From an uncultured Alphaproteobacteria bacterium (GTDB lineage Bacteria > Pseudomonadota > Alphaproteobacteria > ATCC43930 > CGMCC-115725), in contig CAWBCV010000022.1 of NCBI GenBank assembly GCA_963787425.1, positions 39,370 through 103,369 on the forward strand: 64,000 bases of DNA, in the 5' to 3' direction. The notes below the pieces were generated by a model. That model saw only the letters and a program-made list of their open reading frames with translations, made no database searches and was not told the origin of the DNA. Positions 28,208-38,022 of this stretch are shown here, in pieces. Made by a program: the position numbers and the translations under genes. The stretch's first letter is position 1. Every line of letters starts with the position of its first letter.

Positions 28208-28317
28208 GTCGGTAAACCCTCGGGCGCCGGCCAGGTCGGAGGGCGGAAAACACTTTTCTGGACGGGCTGAAAGCCAATATCATTGGGGAGCGAGCAACTC
28301 CACCGGCTCGGACTGAA

Positions 28318-28644
28318 ATGAGCGACAACGGAAAGCGCGGCGATGAGGGACCGGGAACCGGTGTTGTCGTCAAGACAAAGCCGAAGACGAAGAAGCCCTC
28401 GATGTACAAGGTTATTATGTTAAATGACGACTACACTCCGATGGAATTCGTCGTCCACATTCTCGAGCGGTTCTTCAACAAGAACCTGCAGGAGGCGACC
28501 CGCATCATGTTGCATGTGCATCGCCGCGGTGTCGGCATCTGCGGCGTCTACACATACGAGGTCGCGGAGACCAAGGTAACCCAGGTTATGGATTTCGCCC
28601 GGCAGCACCAGCACCCGCTGCAGTGCACGCTGGAAAAGGACTAG
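28318..28644 (+). CDS. clpS: ATP-dependent Clp protease adaptor
   Basis: [27 protein letters not shown]...[27 protein letters not shown]. Confidence 0.92.
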   Translation: MSDNGKRGDEGPGTGVVVKTKPKTKKPSMYKVIMLNDDYTPMEFVVHILERFFNKNLQEATRIMLHVHRRGVGICGVYTYEVAETKVTQVMDFARQHQHPLQCTLEKD

Positions 28645-28665
28645 GCCAAGGAAGGACAGGCGGGC

Positions 28666-30966
28666 GTGCTGTCACGCAATCTTGAAAAGTCGCTGCATCG
28701 GGCTCTCGCCCACGCCAATGAGCGCCGGCACGAATATGCCACGCTCGAACATCTGCTGCTCGCACTCACCGAGGATCAGGACGCGGTTGCCGTTCTGCGC
28801 GCGTGCAGCGTCGACCTCGACCGTTTGCGCCGCGAGGTGCTGAACTACGTCGATAATGAACTTGCCAACCTTGTCGCGGCCCATAGCGACGACGCGAAGC
28901 CGACGGCGAGCTTCCAGCGCGTGCTGCAACGCGCTGCAATTCACGTCCAGTCGTCGGGCCGCGAGGAGGTGACCGGCGCAAACGTGTTGGTCGCGATGTT
29001 CGCCGAGCGGGAAAGCCACGCTGTTTATTTCCTGCAAGAACAGGACATGACCCAATTCGATGCCGTCAACTATATTTCCCATGGCATTGCCAAGGCGCCC
29101 GGCCGCTCGGAGACCCGTCGTGTTCAGGGCGCCGATGAGGATGACCGCAGCGAAAAGTCGCAGAAGCGCAACCATGACGCCCTCGACGCCTATTGCGTCA
29201 ACCTCAACAAAAAGGCCAAGGGCGGCAAGATCGATCCCCTGATCGGCCGTGAAGCCGAAGTCGACCGCACGATCCAGATCTTATGCCGCCGAGCCAAGAA
29301 CAACCCGCTCTATGTCGGCGACCCCGGCGTTGGCAAGACGGCGATTGCCGAGGGTTTGGCGCGTCGCATCGTGCAGCGCGAAGTCCCCGAGGTTCTGATG
29401 AACGCGACGATCTACGCGCTCGACATGGGGGCATTGCTAGCAGGCACTCGGTATCGCGGCGATTTCGAGGAGCGGCTCAAGGCGGTCTTGTCCGAGCTCG
29501 AGGCGCAGCCCGGTGCGATTTTGTTCATCGACGAGATTCACACCGTAATCGGGGCCGGGGCGACGAGCGGCGGGGCAATGGACGCCTCGAACCTGCTGAA
29601 GCCGGCACTGGCCGGCGGCGTCATCCGCTGCATCGGCTCAACAACTTATAAGGAATACCGCAACTATTTCGAGAAAGATCGCGCGCTTGTTCGCCGCTTC
29701 CAAAAAATCGACGTCAACGAGCCCACGGTTGAGGACTCGGTCAAGATCCTGCGCGGGCTGAAGCCCTATTACGAGCGGCACCACAAGGTGCGATACACGA
29801 GTGACGCATTGCGGGCGGCGGTCGAGCTATCGCATCGCTATATCGGGGATCGCAAACTTCCGGACAAAGCGATCGACGTCATCGACGAGAGTGGCGCAGC
29901 CCAGATGCTGGTGCCCGAAAACCGCCGTCGCAAAACAATAACGGCGCGAGAAGTCGAAGCGGTCATCGCTACGATGGCGCGGATCCCGCCGAAAAGCGTC
30001 TCGCGCGACGATCGCGAGGTGCTGAAGAACCTTCAACGCGACCTGAAGACGATGGTGTTTGGCCAAGATCCGGCGATAGGGGCTCTGGTCTCGGCCATCA
30101 AGCTGGCGCGGGCAGGCCTACGGGATCCGGAAAAGCCGATTGGCTCCTATCTGTTCTCTGGTCCCACCGGGGTCGGCAAGACCGAGGTGGCGCGCCAGCT
30201 CGCGCGTACCCTCGGGATCGAGATCACCCGCTTCGACATGTCCGAATATATGGAGCGGCACACGGTGTCGCGGCTGATCGGCGCCCCGCCCGGCTATGTC
30301 GGCTTCGACCAAGGCGGGTTATTGACGGACGCGATCGATCAACACCCCCATAGCGTGCTGTTGCTGGATGAGATCGAGAAGGCCCATCCCGACCTGTTCA
30401 ATATTCTGCTGCAGGTCATGGACTACGGAAAGCTGACCGATCACAACGGCAAAACTGTCGATTTCCGCAACGTGATCCTGATCATGACGACGAACGCCGG
30501 AGCGTGGGATCTCGCCAAGCCGGCGATCGGCTTTGGCAGCGGCGTCCGGGAGGGCGACGATCAGGAGGCGATCAACCGCATGTTCACGCCGGAGTTCCGC
30601 AACCGGCTCGATGCGGTAATTTCCTTCGCCCCGCTATCCGCCGATACGATTGGACTGGTCGTCGACAAATTCGTGCTGCAGCTCGAAGAGCAGCTCGCCG
30701 ACCGGAATGTCATAATCGAGCTCGATGATGCCGCACGGGCGTGGCTGGCCGACAAAGGTTACGACCGCCTCTTCGGCGCGAGGCCTCTCGCCCGAGTGAT
30801 CCAGGAGCACATCAAGAAGCCGCTCGCCGAGGAGCTCCTGTTTGGGCAGTTGTCGAAGGGCGGGATCGTGCGCGTGACGCGCAAACCCGACGAGGACAAG
30901 CTCTCCTTCGCATACGAAGAGCGCCCGGCCGAACCCACGCCAAAGGAGCCTGAGCTGGTCGGGTGA
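28666..30966 (+). CDS. clpA: ATP-dependent Clp protease ATP-binding subunit
   Basis: GTG start, 766 aa, two AAA+ modules ([15 protein letters not shown]; [15 protein letters not shown]). Follows clpS. Confidence 0.95.
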   Translation: MLSRNLEKSLHRALAHANERRHEYATLEHLLLALTEDQDAVAVLRACSVDLDRLRREVLNYVDNELANLVAAHSDDAKPTASFQRVLQRAAIHVQSSGREEVTGANVLVAMFAERESHAVYFLQEQDMTQFDAVNYISHGIAKAPGRSETRRVQGADEDDRSEKSQKRNHDALDAYCVNLNKKAKGGKIDPLIGREAEVDRTIQILCRRAKNNPLYVGDPGVGKTAIAEGLARRIVQREVPEVLMNATIYALDMGALLAGTRYRGDFEERLKAVLSELEAQPGAILFIDEIHTVIGAGATSGGAMDASNLLKPALAGGVIRCIGSTTYKEYRNYFEKDRALVRRFQKIDVNEPTVEDSVKILRGLKPYYERHHKVRYTSDALRAAVELSHRYIGDRKLPDKAIDVIDESGAAQMLVPENRRRKTITAREVEAVIATMARIPPKSVSRDDREVLKNLQRDLKTMVFGQDPAIGALVSAIKLARAGLRDPEKPIGSYLFSGPTGVGKTEVARQLARTLGIEITRFDMSEYMERHTVSRLIGAPPGYVGFDQGGLLTDAIDQHPHSVLLLDEIEKAHPDLFNILLQVMDYGKLTDHNGKTVDFRNVILIMTTNAGAWDLAKPAIGFGSGVREGDDQEAINRMFTPEFRNRLDAVISFAPLSADTIGLVVDKFVLQLEEQLADRNVIIELDDAARAWLADKGYDRLFGARPLARVIQEHIKKPLAEELLFGQLSKGGIVRVTRKPDEDKLSFAYEERPAEPTPKEPELVG

Positions 30967-30984
30967 TCAGCTCCCCCGCGCGTA

Positions 30985-32169
30985 TTATTTCTCTCCGGAG
31001 GAATCGCAGGCGGTCTCCTCATGGCGAAATGGGGAATACTCTTCGAGCCCCTCCATCTTGTGCTCGATCATCTGGCGCTCGCGCGCCAGGAATTGGGCGA
31101 CGGCTCGGCGAAACGCTGGATCGGGGATCCAGTGAGCACTGTAGGTGGGCACCGGCAGATAGCCGCGCTGGATCTTGTGCGGGCCCTGCGCACCGGCCTC
31201 GACGCGCTTCAATCCGCAGGTGATCGCGAACTCGATCGCCTGGTAATAGCAGCACTCGAAATGAAGGAATTTGTAATCGCCGTAGCTGCCCCAATTGCGG
31301 CCGTAGATCGTATCCTTGCCGAGCAGGTTGAACGCGCCGGCGACGTAGTTGGCACCACGCCGGGCCATGAAGAGCACGATATTTTCCGGCATCCGCTCGC
31401 CGATCATCGCAAAAAAGCGGCGATTTAGGTAGGCCGACCCCCATTTGCGATCGGAAGTCGCGAGATAGAATTCGAAAAACGCGTCCCAATGGCGCGGCTT
31501 CAGGTCCGACCCGGTCAGCACTTCGATTTCGAGACCACGGGCGAGCGCCTCGCGACGCTCCTTCTTTACCGCTTTGCGTTTTCGCGAATTCAATGCCGCG
31601 AGGAAGTCATCGAAATCGCGGTACCCCTCATTGGTCCAGTGAAATTGCTGGCCGAGCCGTTGCAGAAATCCCGCCTCGGTCAGCGCCTCGGCCTCGGCGG
31701 GGTCGGGAAAGTTCACGTGCAATGACGAGATTCGGCGCCGCTTCGTGAACTCGACCATTCCGGCAAGGAGATGCTCGCGGGTCTCGGCCGGTGCGGATGG
31801 GTGCAGCAGTAAACGGGGGCCCGGCACCGGGGTGAACGGCACGGCCGACAACAGCTTCGGGAAATACCGGCCACCGGCGCGCTCATAGGCATCGGCCCAG
31901 CCATAGTCGAAGATGTATTCGCCATAGGAATGCGTCTTGGCATAGAGCGGTACGACACCGGTGATCTCCCCGTCCGGTCCGGCGAGAGAAAGATGTTGCG
32001 GCGTCCATCCCGTGCGGGTCGTCGTCGAGCCGCTTTCCTCCATCGCATTCAGAAAAGTATGCGTAACGGTCGGATTGACGTCGCCTGCACAGGCATCCCA
32101 CGCAGCGGCCGGTATTTCGGCGATGGCCGCATGGACCCGAATTGTAACAGTTCCGCCGCTGTCGTTCAT
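30985..32169 (-). CDS. GNAT-fold N-acetyltransferase, DUF482/FemAB-like family
   Basis: WDACAG...NPTVTHTFLNAMEESGS...PLYAKTHSYGEYIFDYGWADAYERAGGRYFPKL. Confidence 0.75.
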   Translation of the reverse strand: MNDSGGTVTIRVHAAIAEIPAAAWDACAGDVNPTVTHTFLNAMEESGSTTTRTGWTPQHLSLAGPDGEITGVVPLYAKTHSYGEYIFDYGWADAYERAGGRYFPKLLSAVPFTPVPGPRLLLHPSAPAETREHLLAGMVEFTKRRRISSLHVNFPDPAEAEALTEAGFLQRLGQQFHWTNEGYRDFDDFLAALNSRKRKAVKKERREALARGLEIEVLTGSDLKPRHWDAFFEFYLATSDRKWGSAYLNRRFFAMIGERMPENIVLFMARRGANYVAGAFNLLGKDTIYGRNWGSYGDYKFLHFECCYYQAIEFAITCGLKRVEAGAQGPHKIQRGYLPVPTYSAHWIPDPAFRRAVAQFLARERQMIEHKMEGLEEYSPFRHEETACDSSGEK

Positions 32170-32335
32170 CGCCTGCCCGGCGCCCGGTTTCCGAACGCGT
32201 ACAGCCCGATACTTCTATCCATTTCTGTTGTTCCGTTTCGGCGCAAAGATCCGCGCGAGCAAAGATAGGCTTTGTGAGGCCGCTGTCCAGTCTGCCGCGA
32301 AACCGCCTCATTAGGCGCCTAACAGCGGAATTGAA

Positions 32336-32971
32336 GTGCGCATGCTCCATCAGATCCGGATCGCGTTCCCGCTCGCCGTACTGTCGCTGATCGCGGCACC
32401 GGCATCCGCGGAGACGCTCGGTGATGCTCGCGTCGGGTTCAGCGCGGAGCGGGTGCTGGTCATCGATGGGCAAAGCTACGTGGGCCGGATGTGGCATATG
32501 CCTGGCGAACAGCGCCATGAGCAGGACCTACCGGCCTTAAGGCCGATCTTCATCCTGCGTTCCGCCAGCGCGATCGGCGACATCATCCTGCCGAAGCTGC
32601 ATACCGTCGTCGAATTCGCGCTTCCAAAAGAGCTGTCGATTCTGGCCGACCCCGGCCTGTTGCGCAAACCTATGGGGCAGGAAACCGTCAACGGCATTGC
32701 GACGACGAAATACGACTTGGACGAGGAGAAGCCACAGGGCCGTGCGGTCGGCTCGCTGTGGCTCAGCGAGGAAGGCATCCCGATGAAGTGTGATGCCAGG
32801 CTCACAACCGGCAAAGGCAAGGTTTCGACGATTCGCTGGGAACTGCGCCACGTCAAGATCGGCACGCAAGACGCCGCGTTGTTCGAGATACCGCGCGATT
32901 ACGCAAAGCTGCCCCCGGAGGCGGCTGCCCCGTTGCTCGGTATGCGTCTGGCGCGACCCCCCGCTCGATAA
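32336..32971 (+). CDS. hypothetical periplasmic protein
   Basis: Signal peptide (IRIAFPLAVLSLIAAPASA). No domain recognised. Start is GTG 32336 or ATG 32342. Confidence 0.55.
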   Translation: MRMLHQIRIAFPLAVLSLIAAPASAETLGDARVGFSAERVLVIDGQSYVGRMWHMPGEQRHEQDLPALRPIFILRSASAIGDIILPKLHTVVEFALPKELSILADPGLLRKPMGQETVNGIATTKYDLDEEKPQGRAVGSLWLSEEGIPMKCDARLTTGKGKVSTIRWELRHVKIGTQDAALFEIPRDYAKLPPEAAAPLLGMRLARPPAR

Positions 32972-32978
32972 GTTCTGA

Positions 32979-35066
32979 CTATTCGACGATGACCTGACCG
33001 TACATCCACGGGTGCGGCGTGCAGATGTAGAAATAGGTGCCGGGTTCCTTGAAGGTGATCTCCTTGGATTCGCCCTTGTTCAGAGCACCCGTGTCCCAAT
33101 CGCCGACCTTGCCCTTGTTGAACGCCGTGGCCGTGTGCGGAATGTCGCCGACGTTGGTGAACGTCAAAGTGGTTCCCGCCTTCACCCGAGTGCGGGCCGG
33201 CCAATAGGCGTACTCGACGTTATTGTCGCCGATTTTGACCTTATCCACGCCGTCGGCAACTGCTCCTCCCGGCCCGGCGACGATAGCCGGAGGTGGTGGC
33301 GGCCATAACGGCCCGAGCTGCCCCTTGAGCGAGAAGGCCCATACGGCATCGCCATAGGCACTCCCTTGGATCGAATTGCCGCCGGTGACAATCGCGATGT
33401 ACTGGTCGCCGTCGACTTCATAGACCATCGCGGGGGCGTCGGCGCCAAAGCCGGTCTGGAATTTCCACAGCACCTCCCCGGTCTTGGCGTCGAGCGCGGC
33501 GAAGTTGCCGTCGGGCTCGCCACGTAAGAGGAGGCCTCCGCCAGTCACGGTCGAGCCGCCTCCGCCACCCATGCGGTAAGGCATCTGGTGTTGCCAGGCG
33601 ATCTTGTTTGTCCTGCTGTCGATCGCGGTAAAAGTGCCGCTCAAAGGCGAACCGATCGGCGGCGCCTGGGTGCCGTTCGTATACCGCCGCCCGGTGGTGT
33701 ACTCGCTGGGAACGCGCGAGAACACGCTCGTGCGGATCGTTCCCGGCACGTAGAGATAACCCGTATCGGGATCGTAGGGCATGGGCGACCAATTCGTACC
33801 GCCTTGCCCCGACGGCTGAATGAGAACCGGTTCTTCCCAGAAGGCCTCGAAAATACACCCGGCCTTCTCGTATCCCTCCATCGGCTGCGCGCATTGCGGC
33901 ACCGTCGCGTCGCCGATCGGGTAGGGCTGCGTTTTGGCCGTTTTCTGGCGCGGCTCCTGCGGCACCGGACGCTCCTCGATGCCGATCAGCGGTTTGCCGT
34001 TGGTGCGGTCGAGGATGTAGACCCAGCCGGTGCGTCCGGCTTCGGCTATCGCCTTGCGTGGTTGACCGTCGATCACCGTGTCGAACAATACGACCGGGCT
34101 CGCCGCGTCGTAGTCCCAGATGTCGTGATGCACCTCCTGGAAATGCCAGACGTGTTCGCCGGTCTTGGCGTTCAGCGCGACTATGGAGGCGCAGAACAGA
34201 TTGTCGCCCTCGCGCATCGACCCGTCATAATCGGGCCCGCAATTGCCTGTCGCGAAGTAGATGAGCCCGAGCTGCGGATCGAGGGCAGGCGTGTTCCATA
34301 CAGATGCGCCGCCCCGCATTGCGTGGTCGGTGCCGGCCGGCCAAGTGTCGCTGCCGACCTCGCCCGGGCCGGGAAGGGTAAACCAGCGCCACAGGATCTT
34401 TCCGGTCTTGGCGTCGAGCGCCGTCAGCCGGCTGCGCACCCCGAATTCCCCTCCGGTGTTACCGCTGTAAACGATGCCGTCGTAATAGAGCGGCGCGCTG
34501 GTGACGCCATAGCCGTTACGCCAGTCCTCGATCGGCGTCTTCCACACTTCCTTGCCGGTCTTGATGTCGAGCGCTAGGACATTGGCATCGAGCTGGCCGA
34601 GAAACAGCATGTCCTCGCCCATCGCCAAGCCGCGGTTCAGCCAGCCGCAGCACACCGTCGAGATCTTCTGGTCGATCCCCGACCAACGCTCCCACAAGAA
34701 CTCACCGGTCTTCGCATTGAGCGCGAACACATCGTCGTTTCCCGTGACGACATACATGATCCCGTCTTTGACGAGCGGCGTCGCCTCGGCCGAGTACTTC
34801 CCGCCAAACCCGGAACTTTTGAGGCGGGCCATCCAGGCTCCTTTGAGCTGCTTGACGTTGCTGGTTTCGATCTGCTTCAGCGTGGAGTACCGCTGATTGG
34901 TCATATTGCCGCCGCTGGTGACCCAGTCCTTGCCGACCGGGCTCTGCAGCAAGTGATCGATTTCCGGATCGGCAGCGCGAACCTGCGTTGCCCCCGAAAA
35001 CACCAAACCGCCCGCCAGCATTCCCGCCAGGATTAGTCGGAGTATTCGTTGCACTCGACGTCGCAT
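32979..35066 (-). CDS. PQQ-dependent dehydrogenase (methanol/ethanol family) fused to a C-terminal amicyanin-like cupredoxin domain, paralogue 1
   Basis: Signal peptide, vicinal Cys139-Cys140 (TVCCGWLNRG), GGEFGVRSRL, GDNLFCASIVALNAKTGEHVWHFQEVHHDIWDYD. Pro-rich linker LWPPPPPAIVAGPGG. C-terminal domain with H644 (DIPHTATAF) and C682-T-P-H685-P-W-M688. Confidence 0.9.
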   Translation of the reverse strand: MRRRVQRILRLILAGMLAGGLVFSGATQVRAADPEIDHLLQSPVGKDWVTSGGNMTNQRYSTLKQIETSNVKQLKGAWMARLKSSGFGGKYSAEATPLVKDGIMYVVTGNDDVFALNAKTGEFLWERWSGIDQKISTVCCGWLNRGLAMGEDMLFLGQLDANVLALDIKTGKEVWKTPIEDWRNGYGVTSAPLYYDGIVYSGNTGGEFGVRSRLTALDAKTGKILWRWFTLPGPGEVGSDTWPAGTDHAMRGGASVWNTPALDPQLGLIYFATGNCGPDYDGSMREGDNLFCASIVALNAKTGEHVWHFQEVHHDIWDYDAASPVVLFDTVIDGQPRKAIAEAGRTGWVYILDRTNGKPLIGIEERPVPQEPRQKTAKTQPYPIGDATVPQCAQPMEGYEKAGCIFEAFWEEPVLIQPSGQGGTNWSPMPYDPDTGYLYVPGTIRTSVFSRVPSEYTTGRRYTNGTQAPPIGSPLSGTFTAIDSRTNKIAWQHQMPYRMGGGGGSTVTGGGLLLRGEPDGNFAALDAKTGEVLWKFQTGFGADAPAMVYEVDGDQYIAIVTGGNSIQGSAYGDAVWAFSLKGQLGPLWPPPPPAIVAGPGGAVADGVDKVKIGDNNVEYAYWPARTRVKAGTTLTFTNVGDIPHTATAFNKGKVGDWDTGALNKGESKEITFKEPGTYFYICTPHPWMYGQVIVE

Positions 35067-35087
35067 GGCGTTCTCCCAATTGCCAGT

Positions 35088-37154
35088 TTATTCAACGATT
35101 ATCTGTCCGTACATCCAGGGGTGCGGTGTACAGATGTAGTAGTAGGTGCCGGGCTCAGAGAAGGTGATGGCCTTCAACTCCCCCTTCTCCAATGGGCCAG
35201 TGTCCCATTTGCCCTTTTCGAACGCGGTTGCCGTGTGCTGGACATCACCGACATTGGTGAAGGTCACCGTCGTCCCCGCCTTGACCCGAGTGCGGCCCGG
35301 CCAATAGGCGTATTCGACGTTGTTGTCGCCGATCTTGATCAAGTCGACCCCGTCCGCGACCGGCCCTGTGGGTCCGGCGATGCTCTGTGGGACGGGAGGC
35401 GGCCACAGCGGACCCAATTGCCCCTTCAGCGAGAACACCCACACCGCATCGCCGTTTGCACTGAGCATCCCCTGATTGCCGCCGGTCGCGATGGCGACAT
35501 ACTCGTCTCCGTCTACCTCGTAGACCGCCGGAGGAGCATCGGCCCCGAAACCGGTTTGGAACCGCCATAACTCTTCGCCCGACTTGGCGTTAATCGCCAG
35601 GAAATTGCCGTCAGGCTCGCCGCGGAAGACGAGGCCGCCGGCCGTCGTTGTCGACCCGCCCCCCTGACCGACGCGATATGGCGTCTTGTTCTGCCAGACG
35701 ATCTTGTTGGTGTTGCCGCCCATTGCGGTAAAGGTACCGCTCATCGCCGACCCGATCGGCGCCGCCTGGGTGCCGCCGGTATAGCGCTGCCCGAGCTTGT
35801 AGGTATCGCCGTAACGAGCAAACGCGCTGGTTCGGACCGTGCCGGAAACGAAGAAGCTGCCGGTTTCCGGATTGTAGGACATCGGCGCCCAGTTGGTGCC
35901 GCCGATCCCGGAGGGCTGGATCAGCACCGGCTCTTCCCAGAACGCCTCGAAGATGCAGCCAGCCTTTTCGTAGCCGCTCGCAGGCATCGGCTCGGCACAT
36001 TGCGGCACGATCGCGTCGCCGAGCGGGAAGGGCTGCGTCTTTGCCGTCTTTTGCTTCGGCTCCTGCGGCACCGCGCGCTCCTCGACACCGATCAGCGGTT
36101 TGCCGTTGGTGCGGTCGAGGATGTAGACCCAGCCGGTTCGTCCGGCCTGGGCGATGCCCTTGCGCGGCTGGCCATTGATCACCGTGTCGAAGAGGACGAC
36201 CGGGCTCGCCAAGTCATAATCCCAGATGTCGTGGTGAACCTCCTGAAAATGCCAAGCATACTTGCCGGTCTTGGCGTTCACCGCGAGGACCGAGGCGCAG
36301 AACAAATTATCGCCTTCGCGCATCGATCCATCGTAATCCGGGCCGCAATTGCCGACGGCGAAGTAGACGAGGCCGAGCTCCGGGTCGAGAGCCGGGGTGT
36401 TCCAGATCGACGCCCCGCCGCGCATCGCGTGATCGGTGCCGGAGGGCCAAGTGTCGCTGCCGACCTCGCCCGGCGCCGGCAAAGTGTAGGCCCGCCACAG
36501 GATCTTGCCGGTCTTGGCATCGAGCGCGGTCAGACGCCCGCGTATGCCGAATTCACCGCCGGTGATGCCGCTATAGACAATTCCGTCGTAATAGAGCGGC
36601 GCATTGGTGATTCCGTAACCATTGTGCCAGTCCTCGACCGGGGTCCTCCACACCTCCTTGCCGGTCTTGATGTCGAGCGCGACGACATTTGCGTCCATCT
36701 GGCCGATGAACAGCATCCCTTCGCCCATCGCCAGCCCACGGTTGAGCCAGCCACAGCAGACGGTCGAGATCGTCTGGCCGATGCCGGACCAGTGCTCCCA
36801 AAGGATCTGGCCGGTCTTGGCATCGAGCGCGAAGACATCGTCGTTCCCGGTGCTAATATACATGATGCCGTCTTTGACGAGCGGCGTCGCCTCGAACGAA
36901 TACTTGCCGCCGAGCCCGGAGCCCTTGAGGCGGGTCATCCAGGCTCCTTTGAGCTGTTTGACGTTGCTGGCGTCGATCTGCTTCAGCGTGGAGTACCGCT
37001 CGTTCGTCAGATTTCCGCCGTTCGTCACCCAGTCCTTTCCGACCGGGCTCTGCACCAATTTGTCGATTTCGGGATCGGCTGCCCAAACCGCGCCCGCTCC
37101 CGCGACGAGCACGCCGAGAGCTCCCGATAGGACGATTCGCAGTCCGCACCGCAT
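35088..37154 (-). CDS. PQQ-dependent dehydrogenase fused to an amicyanin-like cupredoxin domain, paralogue 2
   Basis: Collinear with paralogue 1 and identical by eye at most aligned positions. Same CC pair, WDYD (D312, D314), linker LWPPPVPQSIAGPTG, and DVQHTATAF...CTPHPWM. Separated from paralogue 1 by 21 nt that contain GGGAGA. Confidence 0.9.
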   Translation of the reverse strand: MRCGLRIVLSGALGVLVAGAGAVWAADPEIDKLVQSPVGKDWVTNGGNLTNERYSTLKQIDASNVKQLKGAWMTRLKGSGLGGKYSFEATPLVKDGIMYISTGNDDVFALDAKTGQILWEHWSGIGQTISTVCCGWLNRGLAMGEGMLFIGQMDANVVALDIKTGKEVWRTPVEDWHNGYGITNAPLYYDGIVYSGITGGEFGIRGRLTALDAKTGKILWRAYTLPAPGEVGSDTWPSGTDHAMRGGASIWNTPALDPELGLVYFAVGNCGPDYDGSMREGDNLFCASVLAVNAKTGKYAWHFQEVHHDIWDYDLASPVVLFDTVINGQPRKGIAQAGRTGWVYILDRTNGKPLIGVEERAVPQEPKQKTAKTQPFPLGDAIVPQCAEPMPASGYEKAGCIFEAFWEEPVLIQPSGIGGTNWAPMSYNPETGSFFVSGTVRTSAFARYGDTYKLGQRYTGGTQAAPIGSAMSGTFTAMGGNTNKIVWQNKTPYRVGQGGGSTTTAGGLVFRGEPDGNFLAINAKSGEELWRFQTGFGADAPPAVYEVDGDEYVAIATGGNQGMLSANGDAVWVFSLKGQLGPLWPPPVPQSIAGPTGPVADGVDLIKIGDNNVEYAYWPGRTRVKAGTTVTFTNVGDVQHTATAFEKGKWDTGPLEKGELKAITFSEPGTYYYICTPHPWMYGQIIVE

Positions 37155-37353
37155 CGCTTCCTCCCCCTTTCACCGGCCCGTGATCGGTCCGCGCCGTTAA
37201 CCTAATCAGATCCCCGACCGTTTGCCAACCAGCCTGATACTGCAAGGGAAGAACAGGCAGAAACCCCCCTCTGCCGCGGCCGTCGCGCCCAGTTCCGATC
37301 GTCGAGTCGCCTCTCGGTTGGGGACTTGCGGGAATCAACTAATAGTCGTTTTA

Positions 37354-37370
37354 CGCGGACTTGATCCGCG
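37354..37370. repeat. REP-type hairpin (cgcgga-cttga-tccgcg)
   Basis: Read directly. Same loop and class as 7119..7139. It lies in the spacer upstream of the PQQ-cupredoxin operon. Confidence 0.6.
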
Positions 37371-37597
37371 CATACACGCCTCTAATTTCGGGCGCTCGGA
37401 GGCGTGGATGGCCGCGTCATGCCCGGCCCAAGACGAAACCTGGGGCCCTGCGCGTGCGAGTAGACAGGTTCGGTGTGAGGGCTAAGCGCCCGCACCCCCC
37501 AGTCCTCCTGTTCTTGCTACGAATTTCAAGCATGACCTGTTCCTTCGCGATCGTGGCGCGTCTTGCGAGCGCCGTTTCGAGCCACAGAATACGATAA

Positions 37598-37927
37598 TCA
37601 TATGGCAATTTCAGGCCTTGCTATGCGAATAGCGCATCGGCGCGCCATCTCTAGTAACCCCCCACCATGCCAGGTCATCGGCCCAGGCATTTCGCATTGG
37701 TAAGCTGACGAGCCGGAAGCCACCCGGCAGTGCCGCTCAGACATGCATTGATTGAACATGAGATCGGCCGGCATCCCGATCTGTGCGTCCGCGTATTGGC
37801 GGCAGATCTGCTGCATCAAGGCCGTGTAGTCGTAGGATTGGCTCGGCCGCTGCGCAAGCGCAGCGGCACTTGTGCACAGGAAGATGATCGCCGTGAAACG
37901 AAGCCAGCTGAAGCCCAGCACCACCAT
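37598..37927 (-). CDS. hypothetical small secreted Cys-containing protein
   Basis: MVVLGFSWLRFTAIIFLCTSAAALAQ is signal-like, and the mature part has five Cys. The 3' end runs into the attatggcaat-type repeat, so the true stop and coding status are uncertain. Confidence 0.35.
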   Translation of the reverse strand: MVVLGFSWLRFTAIIFLCTSAAALAQRPSQSYDYTALMQQICRQYADAQIGMPADLMFNQCMSERHCRVASGSSAYQCEMPGPMTWHGGGLLEMARRCAIRIARPEIAI

Positions 37928-38022
37928 CGCATCATAAGCAGAAACGCGAATAGGGCGAAGGCGCCGCTGCGGTGACGCGAGTTCCAGCCAAAGCTCGCCG
38001 GGACCGAAACCAGGTTCAAATC

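Noticed and set aside
37155-37597. A pqqA-like small peptide gene next to the PQQ dehydrogenases
   Set aside because: I found no short ORF with the conserved E-x3-Y precursor motif in the flanking spacers. PQQ biosynthesis genes must lie outside this window, if present at all.
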